From NCBI RefSeq assembly GCF_009914755.1, contig NC_060926.1: a stretch of DNA of 64,000 bases, one strand, 5' to 3'. Origin of the DNA: the human T2T-CHM13v2.0 reference genome, Homo sapiens. The notes below the pieces were generated by a model. That model was not told the DNA's origin. It saw nothing but the letters and a program-made list of their open reading frames with translations, and made no database searches. A program made the translations under genes and the position numbers. This document shows positions 14,235 through 26,236 of the stretch, piece after piece. Position 1 is the stretch's first letter. Each line of letters starts with the position of its first letter.

Positions 14235-14357
14235 GGAGGTTGCTAAATTTAGCAGATGAAATATAAGGACATACTCATACTAAGAAAAATTATTCTATTC
14301 ATTGTCCAGCCAAAACTTAAATTTAAATAGGTTTCCTGCATTTTATCTGGCAACCGT
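14235..14357. mobile_element. MER53-like hAT MITE (deleted)
   Basis: GGTTGCTAAATTTAGCA...TTTTATCTGGCAACC inverted termini. Confidence 0.65.
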
Positions 14358-14540
14358 ATTTACTGAGCACTTATATTTTTCCAGGTACTACATCTGAGAT
14401 ACATTCAAATCCTCAAAATAACACTGAGCGGGGCGCCACTATCGTCTCCATTTTCAAATGGGGCAAGAGAATGCAAAAGGCTAGGTTCTCTCCCTGGGCC
14501 ACAGCCCACCTGCCATTGGCAGTGCTGGGATCCCAAAGCA
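14358..14540 (-). mobile_element. MIR fragment
   Basis: TATTTACTGAGCACTTA...CTCCATTTTCAAATG is the reverse MIR core. Confidence 0.55.
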
Positions 14541-14879
14541 GCCAACACATGGGCTCTTCTCGCCTGGTCCAATGCTCAGAGGTGTGCCCGCAGGCAAGAT
14601 CTGCTCAGGGAATGCTCCTTATTTCACCACCATTCCTTTAAAACCTACAGAAAGCATAGTCTTTTTTTCTAATGGGCAATCGTCAAAACACAGTGGCTGT
14701 AAGGGAACCTGAAGATGTGGTGAGGATGGTTAAGAATATCTTATTTAAAACTTTCATGTTTTGGAACTATTGTAAAATATCCATAGTAAATATTTCCTTT
14801 TTTAAAGCTTGCATTTCTCTCAGAGATGGGTAAATGGACGTGATCCAGTTTCAGCAAGTCTTAGGAGGCAACTCGGTGC

Positions 14880-15060
14880 GAACCTCAGGAGCACAGACTT
14901 TGAGGTCAGATGGGCGTGGGCTTAGATTCTGGTTCCACCATCTCCTGGCAGTTCTGGCATGGGCAGGTTACCTGGGCATCCTTCACACTGGCAGTTTGCT
15001 GGCCTGCAAGATATGAAAGCAGCAGTCTCCGTCTGAGGGCTCTGTAAGGGCTTAGTGCAG
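14880..15060 (+). mobile_element. MIR fragment
   Basis: GAGCACAGACTTTGAGGTCAGA...GGGCAGGTTACCT is MIR-like. Confidence 0.5.
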
Positions 15061-15949
15061 AAGCAGGTGAGGGAGCGCTGCCCATCCTTTACACATGGGA
15101 ACCTGGGGCTCATGGTGACTCACCCTAGGACACGCTGCAAACCAGGGGTGCAGGTGCTCCCAGAGACGAAAGAAACAAAGGACTGGGTGGGAACCAAGAG
15201 CTCAGGCTCAGGGAGGGACAGACTGGGGGAGCCCTCAGCCTCACCCCCCAGGCCCCAACATGCACCCCACCCCCGTAACGGCAGCAACCAAAGAACCTCA
15301 TCCCACCTTATTGCAAGGATTGCCTGCTTCTGCATTTCTTTAGTGGCTCCTCCTGGAGAATTCAGGACTCATGACTTGAACTAGCAGGACTTGATGAACT
15401 GTAACTGCATCCACCCACTCCTGACTGCTTTCTCGGGATCAGAAATGGCCACACTGGGATTGTGTCACTGGGCAACACCATCCCAGGAGTTCCTGCACCT
15501 TAAATCAACAAGACAATGGGAGAAAAAGCCTGATCCTAACCTGGAAGCATGATCATCACTCCACACTCAAATTCTTTACATTGTTGTTGTTTTTTTTTAA
15601 TGTTGAAATCACTTTAAAATCTTGATAAAGAGAAGTGACGCCTCTGAGATGTTTCTGTGACACTGTTTCTGCAGTGTCTGGAGGTACCAGATGCTCTCAC
15701 TGCCTTTCCAGGAAACTGTGCGGCCCACAGGCAGTCACCTCTCACCAGTGAGGCTTCCTCGTGTCTCCAGGGCCCCTGAGCTGGTACCATTCATCATACT
15801 TGGTTTTGGTTCAAAACATACAGTCATCACATAGGGTTATAAATTCTATATCTTGGGGGATAGTTGGTAGGGGTTCTTATTGGTTAAAAGAAAGTCCTAA
15901 GAATATACTAGACACATATCAAATAAAACCTGTATTTCTTTTAAAATTA

Positions 15950-16588
<639 letters not shown>

Positions 16589-17469
16589 TTATGCACTATA
16601 AATCATGTTGTTATAAAACTTTCAGGAAAAATACACAAATAAATTATCAATGATTACAACTATAATGAATGCACAAGATTATACCTAGAAACTCTGTACC
16701 CCCAATTTCTCTTTTGGAGGCCACTTTATGAAACAAATCACCCACAAAAGTATTGACTTACGACAATGAGTTACTCTACAGTCCCACTGGCCAGGCTCCA
16801 GCAGGCAGCCTCACGATGTCTTGTGTGCTTGGTCAGTTGGTGGCTGGGGCTGAGGTCATCTTACTGGGCTGGACATCCACGGAGTCCTCTTTTATTCCCA
16901 GCTAGGTGCTCAGCTGGGATGACTGAGGCTGGCCCCTTTTTTAGCCCTTTCCATGTGGCCTCTTCATGCCACCAGCTTAGACTTCCTCACTGCATGGTGA
17001 TCTCAGAGATGTCTGCATTTGTTACATGGTGACTGTAAGAGAGAAGCCAAGAAACCAAAACCTTTTAGACTATAACCGTCCCACTTCAACCAAACGCCAC
17101 AGAAAAGACTGTGGCCCCAACTCTAACCCCATCAGCAAAGGGGAGTGAAGAGCTAGATGGCCCCCCTCAGTCTGCTGTCAGAAGACGCCACCCTGAACAA
17201 CAGGATGGTGTCAGAGAAGGTGCAGTGGGGAGCAGACAGTCATCCCTGCAGGTCAGCAATAAGCATCAGCAGAGGCTACCTGGGAGCCTGAACACCCACC
17301 CACCCCATCCACCACCCAGGGGATAATCAGGCACTGCTCTCTCCCCACTGAGGTTGTCAAGGTTGAGTAAGAACTGCGACATTCATCACCTTCCAATGGT
17401 AAGATGCCTCCACCCCACAATGTCATTGGAGGCCACGTGAGGAGCACCTCCTCCCAAGCCAGGGTGGTG

Positions 17470-18590
17470 CAGCAGAGGCCACTATAATAGAAGATTTAAA
17501 TAAGCTCCACATCATAACATTACCCCCAAAACGCCCAGGTTTCAAGAAAAAAGAAAAAAAAAATCATTCATCATTCCAAGAACCAGGAAAAGCTCAACTT
17601 GAACGAGAAAAGACAATCAACAGTTGCCAACACTGAGGTGACACAGATGTTGGAATAATCTGACAAGGACTCTGCAGGGGCCATCAGAAAAATCTTCTAA
17701 TGAGCAATTATGAACAGGCAAAAAAAAGATGAAAAAATAGAAAACTCAGTAAAGAAGCAGAAGATGTAAAGAAGAATGAAAGGGAAATCTTAAAACTGAA
17801 AAATACAGTAACCAAAGTAAAAACTCATTGAATGGACTCAAAAGCACAGTGGAGAGGGCAGAGGAAACCATCTGTGAACCTGAAGACAGAACAACAGAAA
17901 TTGCCCAACTGAACAACAGAGAGAAAACAGATTTTTTAAAAATATATTAACATAGTCTCAGGGACCTCTGGGATTATAATAAAAGATCTAACATTAGTGT
18001 CATTGGAGTTCTGAAAAGAGAAGAGAAAAAGGGCAGGGCTGAAAAAGCATGTGAAGAAATAATGGTTGAAAATTTCCCAAGTTTGGCAAAAGAAGCTGTC
18101 TAGAGAACCTCAAACAGAATAAACCTAAAGAAATCCATGCCTAGAGAGATCATAGGCAAACTTCCAAAAATGAAAAGACAAATCAAGGAGAGAGAAACCA
18201 CACCTTACTTACATTGGGGAAAAAGCAATTCAAATAACAGCAGATTTCATATGAGAAATCAGATTTTGTCATGAGAAACCCTGATAGAAGGAAGAAAGCA
18301 CCACAGAATGTCAGGTGCTAAAACGAAAAAACACTGTCAACCCCAAATTCTATATCCAGCAAAAATATCCTGCAGAACTGAAGGCAAGAACAAGACTTCA
18401 GATGCGGGAAAACTAAGGGAACATGTCACCAACACACCTACCCTAAAAGACTGTCCAAAAAATGCTCTTGAAACAGCAGGAATTACTCAAACGGAGACTA
18501 ATGGAATATCAGGAAGGAAAAAAGAACAAAGGAAAAAGAGAAAATGCGGGTAAGTATAACAGATTTTCCTTCTCTTGAATTTCTAGAAAC
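17470..18590 (+). mobile_element. Old L1M ORF1 region (decayed)
   Basis: ORF 18308-18553 HCQPQILYPAKISCRTEGKNKT...KLREHVTNTPTLKD resembles the L1 ORF1p C-terminal domain (QPRISYPAKLSF..EGEIK). Confidence 0.8.
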
Positions 18591-18614
18591 GAGTGTACAG
18601 TTAGTTTCTTAAAG

Positions 18615-18991
18615 CAGGCGTCCCCAAAACCCCAGGCAGTGGGCTGGTACCGGTCTGTGACCTGTTAGGAATCCCAGGCAGAGCAGGAGGTGAGCAGTGA
18701 ATGAGCATTACTCCCTGAGCTCCGCCTCCTGTCAGATCAGCCACAGCGTTAGTTCTCATGGGAGCGCAAACCCTACGGTGAACTGCACATGCCAGGGTTC
18801 TAGTCTGTGGGCTCCTTAGGAGAATCTAATGCCTGATGATCTGAAGTGGAACAGTTTCATCCCAAAACTATACCCCTAGTACCCACCACCCATCCCCCAG
18901 CCCCACTCCCTCAACCCTCTCCCAACCCCCCATTGGAAAAATGGACTTCCATGAAGCCGGTTCCTGGTGCCAAAACGGTTGGGGACCGCTG
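18615..18991 (+). mobile_element. MER1B hAT-Charlie DNA transposon
   Basis: CAGGCGTCCCCAA...GGTTGGGGACCGCTG termini; 8-bp TSD (T/C)CTTAAAG. Confidence 0.85.
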
Positions 18992-19040
18992 CCTTAAAGG
19001 GTCCAAGTAGGCTCATTCTCACCCAGCAGTCTGCCTACTG

Positions 19041-19102
19041 CAGGGTTCATTTAAGAGGCCGATTATTTATCCAGGGCTCATTTAAGAGGCCAATTATTTA
19101 TC
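19041..19102. repeat. 31-bp tandem duplication (2 copies, 2 mismatches)
   Basis: CAGGG(T/C)TCATTTAAGAGGCC(G/A)ATTATTTATC x2. Confidence 0.9.
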
Positions 19103-19104
19103 TG

Positions 19105-19280
19105 AAGCTTCTCAAATTGTGGTCGCCGCACCACCGGCATCAGCATCTCCTCGCCATGCTTGCTTAAAATGCTATATCCTGGGCTGCTCACCAAACCTAC
19201 TCAATCAGAATTTATACAGGTGGCCACAGAACTCTGGGTGTAAACGTGGGTTTCTTACATAGACTAAGGTTTGAAAAGTC
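19105..19280. mobile_element. MER5-like hAT fragment
   Basis: CTTCTCAAATTGTGGTC...CAGCATC...AAACCTACTCAATCAGAA...AAGGTTTGAAAA. Confidence 0.6.
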
Positions 19281-19869
19281 CTAAGATGTTAGTTGACCTT
19301 TAGTTAACAAAGGGTCAAGCTCAGTCATTCGGTGTTAACTTGGAAGAAAAATGAGAACAAACTGTTTTCACAGATTCCTGGCTCTTGGCAATCCAGCTGT
19401 CCAGGAGTGGAATACATTTCAAGGTTAAAAGAGTAATCAATGCTCCACCTGGAGTCAAGGTTACACACCTTTGCACAATGGCAGGCTGTCCTAGGAAGTG
19501 TTGGCTGGAGTCTAGGCCACCACAGAGGAGTCTGTCATTCACGTGTGCCTGCGTTTCTTCCTCTCTGAAATGGGGGCAGCCTTTCCAAACTCTTGGGCTC
19601 AAGGTGAACAGCAAAAGAGGTGTGCCGTGCACAGGCGTGTAAAAGACTATTTTTTACCTAAAGTGAATGTTTACTCTCTCCTTAAAGAGGGCCTTCGTGT
19701 TGCTCTTTTTTCTTTGAAATGGAACGTCTGTCTCTGTATTCTTCACACAGAATCCTAGAAAGTCAGGCATGATGGTTAAAATTAAATGTATGCCTTAATT
19801 TACCCATCCTTTTCTGCGGAGTCCTGATGAAGGGCAGGCCTAGGACTAAACAGGAGAGGCCCTGATGTC

Positions 19870-21000
19870 AGCGGAGGCAGGAAGAGGCCGGGATGAGCCC
19901 AGGACCCACCGCAGAGCTAACCAGGGCGATGTGCGCTCCACCAGCTAGAGCGCAAATCCTTCGCCCCGTGCCTAGGACTGCTCCTCCAGGAACTCCTCCA
20001 GGTCCCCTCCGCCCGCGGTGTCTCCACGTTCCCTCCTGGAGATGCAGCCTTAGGTCCTGCCCCTCCCGCAGAATGGTTCGCGGTGACGCGCGGCTGGGAT
20101 CTTGCAGGACCCGCGCACGCACTCTAACTGGAAAGGAAAAGTCTGCAAACTGTCATTATTATGAGGAGAGGGCTGAATCTGGGAGTAAACGCCTTAAAGA
20201 TGCGGCAAGGGGAAGAAGGAGTTCAAACTATTGAAAAACCTGTCCACCAGCCAACTCGCGCTGGCGCCGCCTGGGTAACACCAGTGCCCGGGCGATCGGT
20301 TCGCCTGCCTCCCCGGCCGAGAAAGGGCTGTGCCCCAAAGCCCTTGTCCTGTGCCCAGGACAAGCGCGTCCCGGCCAGGCCCTAGCCCGTCCCAGGGACC
20401 GGGACAGGGCTCACAGGGCGGCTGCCCCAGCTGGGAGCGCACGTGGTGCGAGGCAGGCGGGTTCCTCCTCACTGAAGTCATGGACTTGGCTCGCTGCGGA
20501 GGGGCCGGCGCGCGAACGTGGCTTGAGCCAAAAAAGAAAAAGTGCACACAATGTGTTTCTTGTTAGGGACTGCAAGCCGGGGCCTCGGGTTTTGCTTTTG
20601 GTGCCGCATTATAATATTAAGATGCAGTTTGATTCCGGACAAGTCCGTCCTTGTCGCTGGCTGGGGCGGATTCCCACGGACGCTGGTGGGCAGAGGGGGG
20701 GTGGCCTGGGTGCTGCGCTGTGGCGCGAGGGTGCACAGCGGATGGAGGGGGGGGTCCCTGCATGACCTAGGCTCCCTGCGGTGGCCGGACCCCAAGACTC
20801 GCGCCTCGGGGCGGCGCAGACAAGGCGACGCCAGCCCCGCTCCCGCCAGCTCGCGGGCGGCCCAAGATTGTTTTCCAAGACCTTATCTCTCACTCAAGTT
20901 AATTTTCTCTTTTAATTTGGTGATCGGAACAAAAGACACAGGAAAATCCTTTGTGAAAGCTAACGCAGCCACAAATCGGGGCACTTCACAGCATTTGTAA
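19870..21000. promoter_or_regulatory. CpG island (upstream 1)
   Basis: High GC with dense CpG; CACGTG at 20440-20445. Confidence 0.7.
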
Positions 21001-22584
21001 CAAAATATTTGCAGTGCCCGTAGTTAAGTCGGCCCCTCCGCCAAACTTCCCAAACTTTGCTTTCTTTGAACCAAGCTGAAAAGTGATCTCCCTAAAAGGG
21101 GATCAGAAGATTGCAAGCAATTGGATTTAGCACGGAGTTCTACCTGGTGCTCTAGAGAGCTCTGGGCACACAGGATGGTGCGGGAATCCTGGAAGGAATT
21201 ACAGCCTGAATGGTGGCAGGGCAGGGGAGGAGCCACTGTGAAGCCGTGGTAGTCGCTGAAACGCTTTGTTAATGCCATTTATTAGCTGTATGCGACAAGA
21301 AGTGTAAGAGGTTAGGCAGGTCTTCAAAAATATCCAAAAAGAGAAAAATAAACATTCCCTTGTTTGCTTTTTGTGGCTTTGCTCATTTTCTTCCCCTTGA
21401 GTGGCCCTTCATCTAAGGCTGTTTTAAACCCAAAATCGGTTATCTGGTTTCAGGGTAAGGGCTCCCTCTTGCCAAGGTATTAAATAAACAAGTACAGCAA
21501 AAACTTGAATCCTTATGTAATCCAAATGCCGTTTCCTCGAAAACCACAACAAATGCTGCTAAACCAGATAACAGGACCGGGAACATTCGGCCCCCCAACC
21601 CCCACCCCACAACACACAGCCTCCGCCCCCAGCTTTAGGGCCAGCAGAGGACATTTATGTTCAGGAACTCCTCTCCAGGACAGATAAATAATTGCTACTA
21701 ACACTCTCAACTGCAGATGAGCACCCTTGAGGGATCCGGATGCCATAAACTGTCCGGGAATGTTGGCATCTGGTTCTTAAAGCCAGGACCCCAGGAGGCG
21801 TCTGCGTCTGCAAGCTGACTTGGAAGTTTCTGGCCTCTTGATGTTCTCAGTCGAAAATGGTGCATTAGAAAGGGGATTGGTCTGGCCCGCGCTTTGTAGT
21901 AGTAATGAGGGCGCGAATCGCGCTAGGCTCTGCGCGCGCGAGGCTCCGCCGAGCAGGAGGACTGGGGCTGCACATCCTCCCGGCTCCCCCAGGGCGGAGA
22001 GGGGGGCCGTTCTGGAAGAAAAAATTGTTTATGCGCAACCTCCGAGGGTTCCGAGGAGTTAGGCAGTAAGACGGTGTGGAGGTTGGGGGGGCGGGGCGAG
22101 TCTTTCAATCTTTCAAAGGTATTTTTAGGAATCCAGGATCAAAGCCATTCGGCGAGAAACCGAAATAATCCAAAGGAGTAAATAAATCTCGCCATGTGCT
22201 AAGACAGTGACCTTCTCCCCATCCACCCTTCCCTCGCGCCAGCCCCACCCTGAACGCCTCGGTTGCAAAAACAAAATAAAGCAAAACCTTTTGCTTTGGC
22301 AACCTCTAAGCCACATTATGCCTCCTTTTGCAAAAGGAAGATTTCTTTCTTCTCCCTCTCCCGGCTTTTTTCCTTCGTCCTCTCCTCCGCCCCTCACCCG
22401 CCCACCCCCCCCCCCCCCCCCGAGCCCTTTTCTTTTCTTCTCGGTCCTCTTTCCTTCCCCAAATCACTCGAAACTTAAGACGTGCAGCGTCTGCAGGTGC
22501 GCGCGGGCCGGCGGCCGGGCCTGGGCGAGCCTGGGACTGCCGGGCCTCGCAGGCATTGATCAGCTGGGCGCGCGCGCTGAGTGA

Positions 22585-22690
22585 CGGCGCGGTTGCCATG
22601 GCAGCCGCCTGAGCGGCGCCGCGAGGACAAGGCTGCAGGGCGGCGTGAATGGGCGGCGTCACGCGCCTGGCGCCAGAGAGTCTGCTCCGG
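22585..22690 (+). promoter_or_regulatory. Upstream BMP/SMAD-responsive enhancer with RFX X-box (ID-family BRE)
   Basis: GTTGCCATGGCAGC X-box 22592-22605; GGCGCC 22615-22620; CGTCA half-CRE 22657-22661; bipartite GGCGCC-N5-GTCTG 22669-22684. Same motif order as the ID1 BMP-responsive element as I recall it. Confidence 0.8.
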
Positions 22691-22727
22691 GGCTCCGGCT
22701 CCGGCCCCGCCGCGGCCTGGCCCGCGC

Positions 22728-22751
22728 GCCGCCGCCGCCGCCGCCGCCGCC
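22728..22751. repeat. (GCC)8 trinucleotide repeat
   Basis: Direct count. Confidence 0.9.
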
Positions 22752-24186
22752 AATTCATCACCTGTCAGGGATCACTCGCGGGGTCACGGGCGGAATGGAC
22801 ACAGCTGTGAGAACAAAACCCGGGAAAGAAAGGCGAACGCTCCCCATTGCGCCAGATGTGCAGGGAGGACCTTGAGACGCGCCCCCCGCCCCCGCAGGCT
22901 CCTCCCGCCCCCCGGCGCATCACGCGGGGGTGGCAAAGGCGGCCTGGCCAGCGCGGAGCTCCCGGCCCGGAGCTGCTTCTGATTACCGCGAGGGGCCCGG
23001 ACGCGAGAGCCGCCGCGGGGCCTGCCCTAGAGGCGGAGTGAGTGAGTCCTGGAGCCAGGCTGGGGGACCTTACGGGCCGGTCTGTCGCTGCCACGGGGTG
23101 GGGGCGTCCCGGTGGGGAGTCGAGGGGAACCGCACCAACACCCACCAGCGGAAGCCCTGCACACCTTCCCACCGCCCGCGGATCTAGCCCTCCCTCTAGC
23201 TGGGGCCGTTTGAACTTTGGAGGCCTCAAATGCAAACCCACCCAAGCCACCAATTGACAGATTTTGACTTGCCTTTAAACCCACTTGGAAAATGCTCCGA
23301 CACGATTTTCCCCCACGAAAGCAATTTTTAAGGTGATTTCATATTGGGCGTGCTGAAACAGACACACTAGTAACTTAGGCCTTGTTTAAATCATTAACTT
23401 ATACATTTTCGTAATCCCCTTTAAATGATCTTTAAATGAATGTAAAACTGGGTAGCGTGCCAATAGAATCGAATTCAACACAGCCAGGCAGACTGGACTC
23501 TGACATGGCAGCTAAAGAAAGAAACACCAGAAAACTTTCACCATATTTAGCCATTTTACTACATCAGGGTACAAAAATGATCATGGGAGAAGGCACTGCC
23601 TTAATCAACTTTGCAAAGTGTAAAGTGAAACCGCACAATGCTCATTACCGCCCAACCCAGAGCCTGGCTGTGGGGATAATGAGGCTGGCACGGATGTTAA
23701 CATACGGTGTCCTTGGAAAAAGCTAGGAATGCGTCAGTATCGAAGAGCTGCAATGTCCAAGAATCATAAGTAATAATTTGAGAATCCCAAAGATGTTTGT
23801 TTACATTGGCTATTATTGTAAAATAGTCAAAGTATAACATCATGAACCAAAATAGTGTCAAAACAAAATCTGTTCCACTGTGGCACGTATGTGACAGAAA
23901 CACATGCACACAAAGTACATCAAAAGGCTCGAACTGTGGGAGGACTCGGATAGTAAATCACTTCCAGACTTAATATCAGAAGAGATACGGTGCATCCAAC
24001 GCTGTCAGGGACAGAGTCGCAGGCAGCATTGCCTGGCCTGGGGAAGGCCCTCCGCAAACTTCTGGCTGGACAGGAAACAGTTTACCTCCTTCCTCCAAAC
24101 TGAGGGGGCTGAATTTCAGGAAGGTGAGCTCCACCTCAGTGCCACCCACTCTGCCTCCCTGGAGAGGCGTCATGGGGCGCATAGCT

Positions 24187-24196
24187 GTCACGTGAC
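24187..24196. promoter_or_regulatory. Palindromic E-box GTCACGTGAC (MYC/MAX, USF, MiT-TFE, BHLHE40 type)
   Basis: Perfect 10-bp palindrome ~1.6 kb upstream of the ID2 TSS; non-canonical CACATG at 23901-23906. Confidence 0.6.
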
Positions 24197-25599
24197 GGTC
24201 AGAGACTGCTGGCCCCACCAGCTGAGAAATTAATCATTAATTGAAGGAAAAAACACTGTTTCCCCATTATCGAGCTTTTCTTTCAGCTTCTAGGCCTGCC
24301 CCTTCCGCTTTCTGAAATGCAAAGGAGGTAGAGATTGAGGCAGAAAGTAAATAAGATTTGAATATTGCCTTTCCTGGAGTTTTCTAGTTCATTGTTTTCT
24401 GGAGCAAATATTTTCAAAAACAAGAAACTGACACACTGTGGTCAAAACAGAATTCTAGATAAGCTACAATTATGTGAAAATTAAGGTATTTAAGTAAATA
24501 GCTGCAAACTTTTTAAAACTTAGACTGAAAGAACGAGTTCTTAAAGATTTTCAGCCAAAAAAAAAAAAAAAAACCTTGAACCCGTATTCAGTACTAGTGC
24601 TGAAAAGATTCCAAACCTCATATGACAGAATATTTTTTTTTCCTTAGTGTGAAGATGTCTATCAATGGCTAGGGCCACCTATCTGTCACAAAGCTTTGGA
24701 ACTCCTCTAGGTGTTGGAATGTGACACCAGAAATCACAATTAGTGCATAATTAATCACATTACTTTGCCACCTACACGGAAGGGCACAGACCGGCAGCCT
24801 TTCAAGGGCAGTGTATGTAAATGTAGTTTCAATATGCAAATTCTCCTAATTATTTCCGATTAATACGATCATTATAATAGCCCTGCCTCCTTCTTGAAAA
24901 GGAACCCTGAAAGCGCCCTGCCTGTGAGAGCTCCTTAGCGACCGGTGAGGTTGGGCATGGTTTGCAATAAGTACTCATTTTCTTGAGTTTACAGTAATGC
25001 CTCCCGCGCTGCTCCGGGTTGCAAAAGCCCACACTAAGCCTGTCGTCGAATGCGTGCGTGGGTGGTTTGTTTGTGTTAACATAACTTTTCCTTATCTGAA
25101 GAGACGAACTCACTCTACAAACGTGACTCTTCAGTGACAACCTAATTTGCGTTTTCACTTTCTTCTGAAATGCTTTCTATCTTTCCTCACGCTCTCCCTC
25201 CGATGGGTTGCAGTGAACTGTGGCTTCCCCCCTGCGGTGCTGAACTCGCCCGTGTAGCTGTGATTTTAGAGCTGCCGACAGCTCTAAGGTGTGTAGGGCT
25301 TGGTCTGGGAACACCCCCAGGGCAAGGGTCCCGCCGCGCGCTTGGAATTAGAATTAAGAATGCATATTTAGGCGCCCAGGGTCTGCCCCCTTCTCCCTCC
25401 TCCTTCCCCTCCCCCTTCCCCTCCCCCTTCCCCTCCCCCATCTTCCCTTCTCTTCCTCCTCCCTCCTCCTCTCCCTCCTCCCGCCTCCCTCCTCCCCGCC
25501 CCCCGCCCGCCGCTCCCCGCCCCCCGCCCCCCGCCAGCCCCGCACTTACTGTACTGTACTCTATTTACCACCCCAGCTGGGCTCGCGCCCCGCCCACCC

Positions 25600-25790
25600 C
25601 GCGGGGATTGGCTGCGAACGCGGAAGAACCAAGCCCACGCCCCGCGCCCGCGCCCACCAATGGAAGCGCCCGCTCGTCTTGATAGACGTGCCACCTTCCG
25701 CCAATGGGGACGAAGGGAAGCTCCAGCGTGTGGCCCCGGCGAGTGCGGATAAAAGCCGCCCCGCCGGGCTCGGGCTTCATTCTGAGCCGA
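25600..25790 (+). promoter_or_regulatory. ID2: ID2 core/proximal promoter
   Basis: ATTGG 25607-25611, CCAAT 25657-25661 and 25701-25705, GC boxes, TATA-like GATAAAA 25748-25754, and Inr-like TCATTCT with A at 25779 (31 nt after the TATA-like box). Confidence 0.8.
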
Positions 25791-25888
25791 GCCCGGTGCC
25801 AAGCGCAGCTAGCTCAGCAGGCGGCAGCGGCGGCCTGAGCTTCAGGGCAGCCAGCTCCCTCCCGGTCTCGCCTTCCCTCGCGGTCAGC

Positions 25889-26236
25889 ATGAAAGCCTTC
25901 AGTCCCGTGAGGTCCGTTAGGAAAAACAGCCTGTCGGACCACAGCCTGGGCATCTCCCGGAGCAAAACCCCTGTGGACGACCCGATGAGCCTGCTATACA
26001 ACATGAACGACTGCTACTCCAAGCTCAAGGAGCTGGTGCCCAGCATCCCCCAGAACAAGAAGGTGAGCAAGATGGAAATCCTGCAGCACGTCATCGACTA
26101 CATCTTGGACCTGCAGATCGCCCTGGACTCGCATCCCACTATTGTCAGCCTGCATCACCAGAGACCCGGGCAGAACCAGGCGTCCAGGACGCCGCTGACC
26201 ACCCTCAACACGGATATCAGCATCCTGTCCTTGCAG
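25889..26236 (+). CDS. ID2: ID2 coding exon 1 (aa 1-116: CDK site SPVR, HLH domain, D-box RTPLTTLN)
   Basis: ATG at 25889 in agcATGa context. Translation [76 protein letters not shown]...ISILSLQ is the human ID2 sequence. Ends at CAG|GTAAGA donor (phase 0). Confidence 0.99.

Larger units (their letters stand above)
21850..23250. promoter_or_regulatory. CpG island (upstream 2, contains the BRE)
   Basis: Very CpG-dense; contains C17, (GCC)8 and SMAD elements. Confidence 0.8.

Noticed and set aside
18308-18553. L1 ORF1p-like ORF as a functional gene
   Set aside because: Short remnant in a heavily decayed L1M; annotated as a mobile element instead.
19868-23284. Many 80-160 aa ORFs in the upstream CpG islands, including poly-Ala/poly-Arg from (GCC)8
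   Set aside because: GC-composition artefacts; no coherent exon structure or homology recognised.
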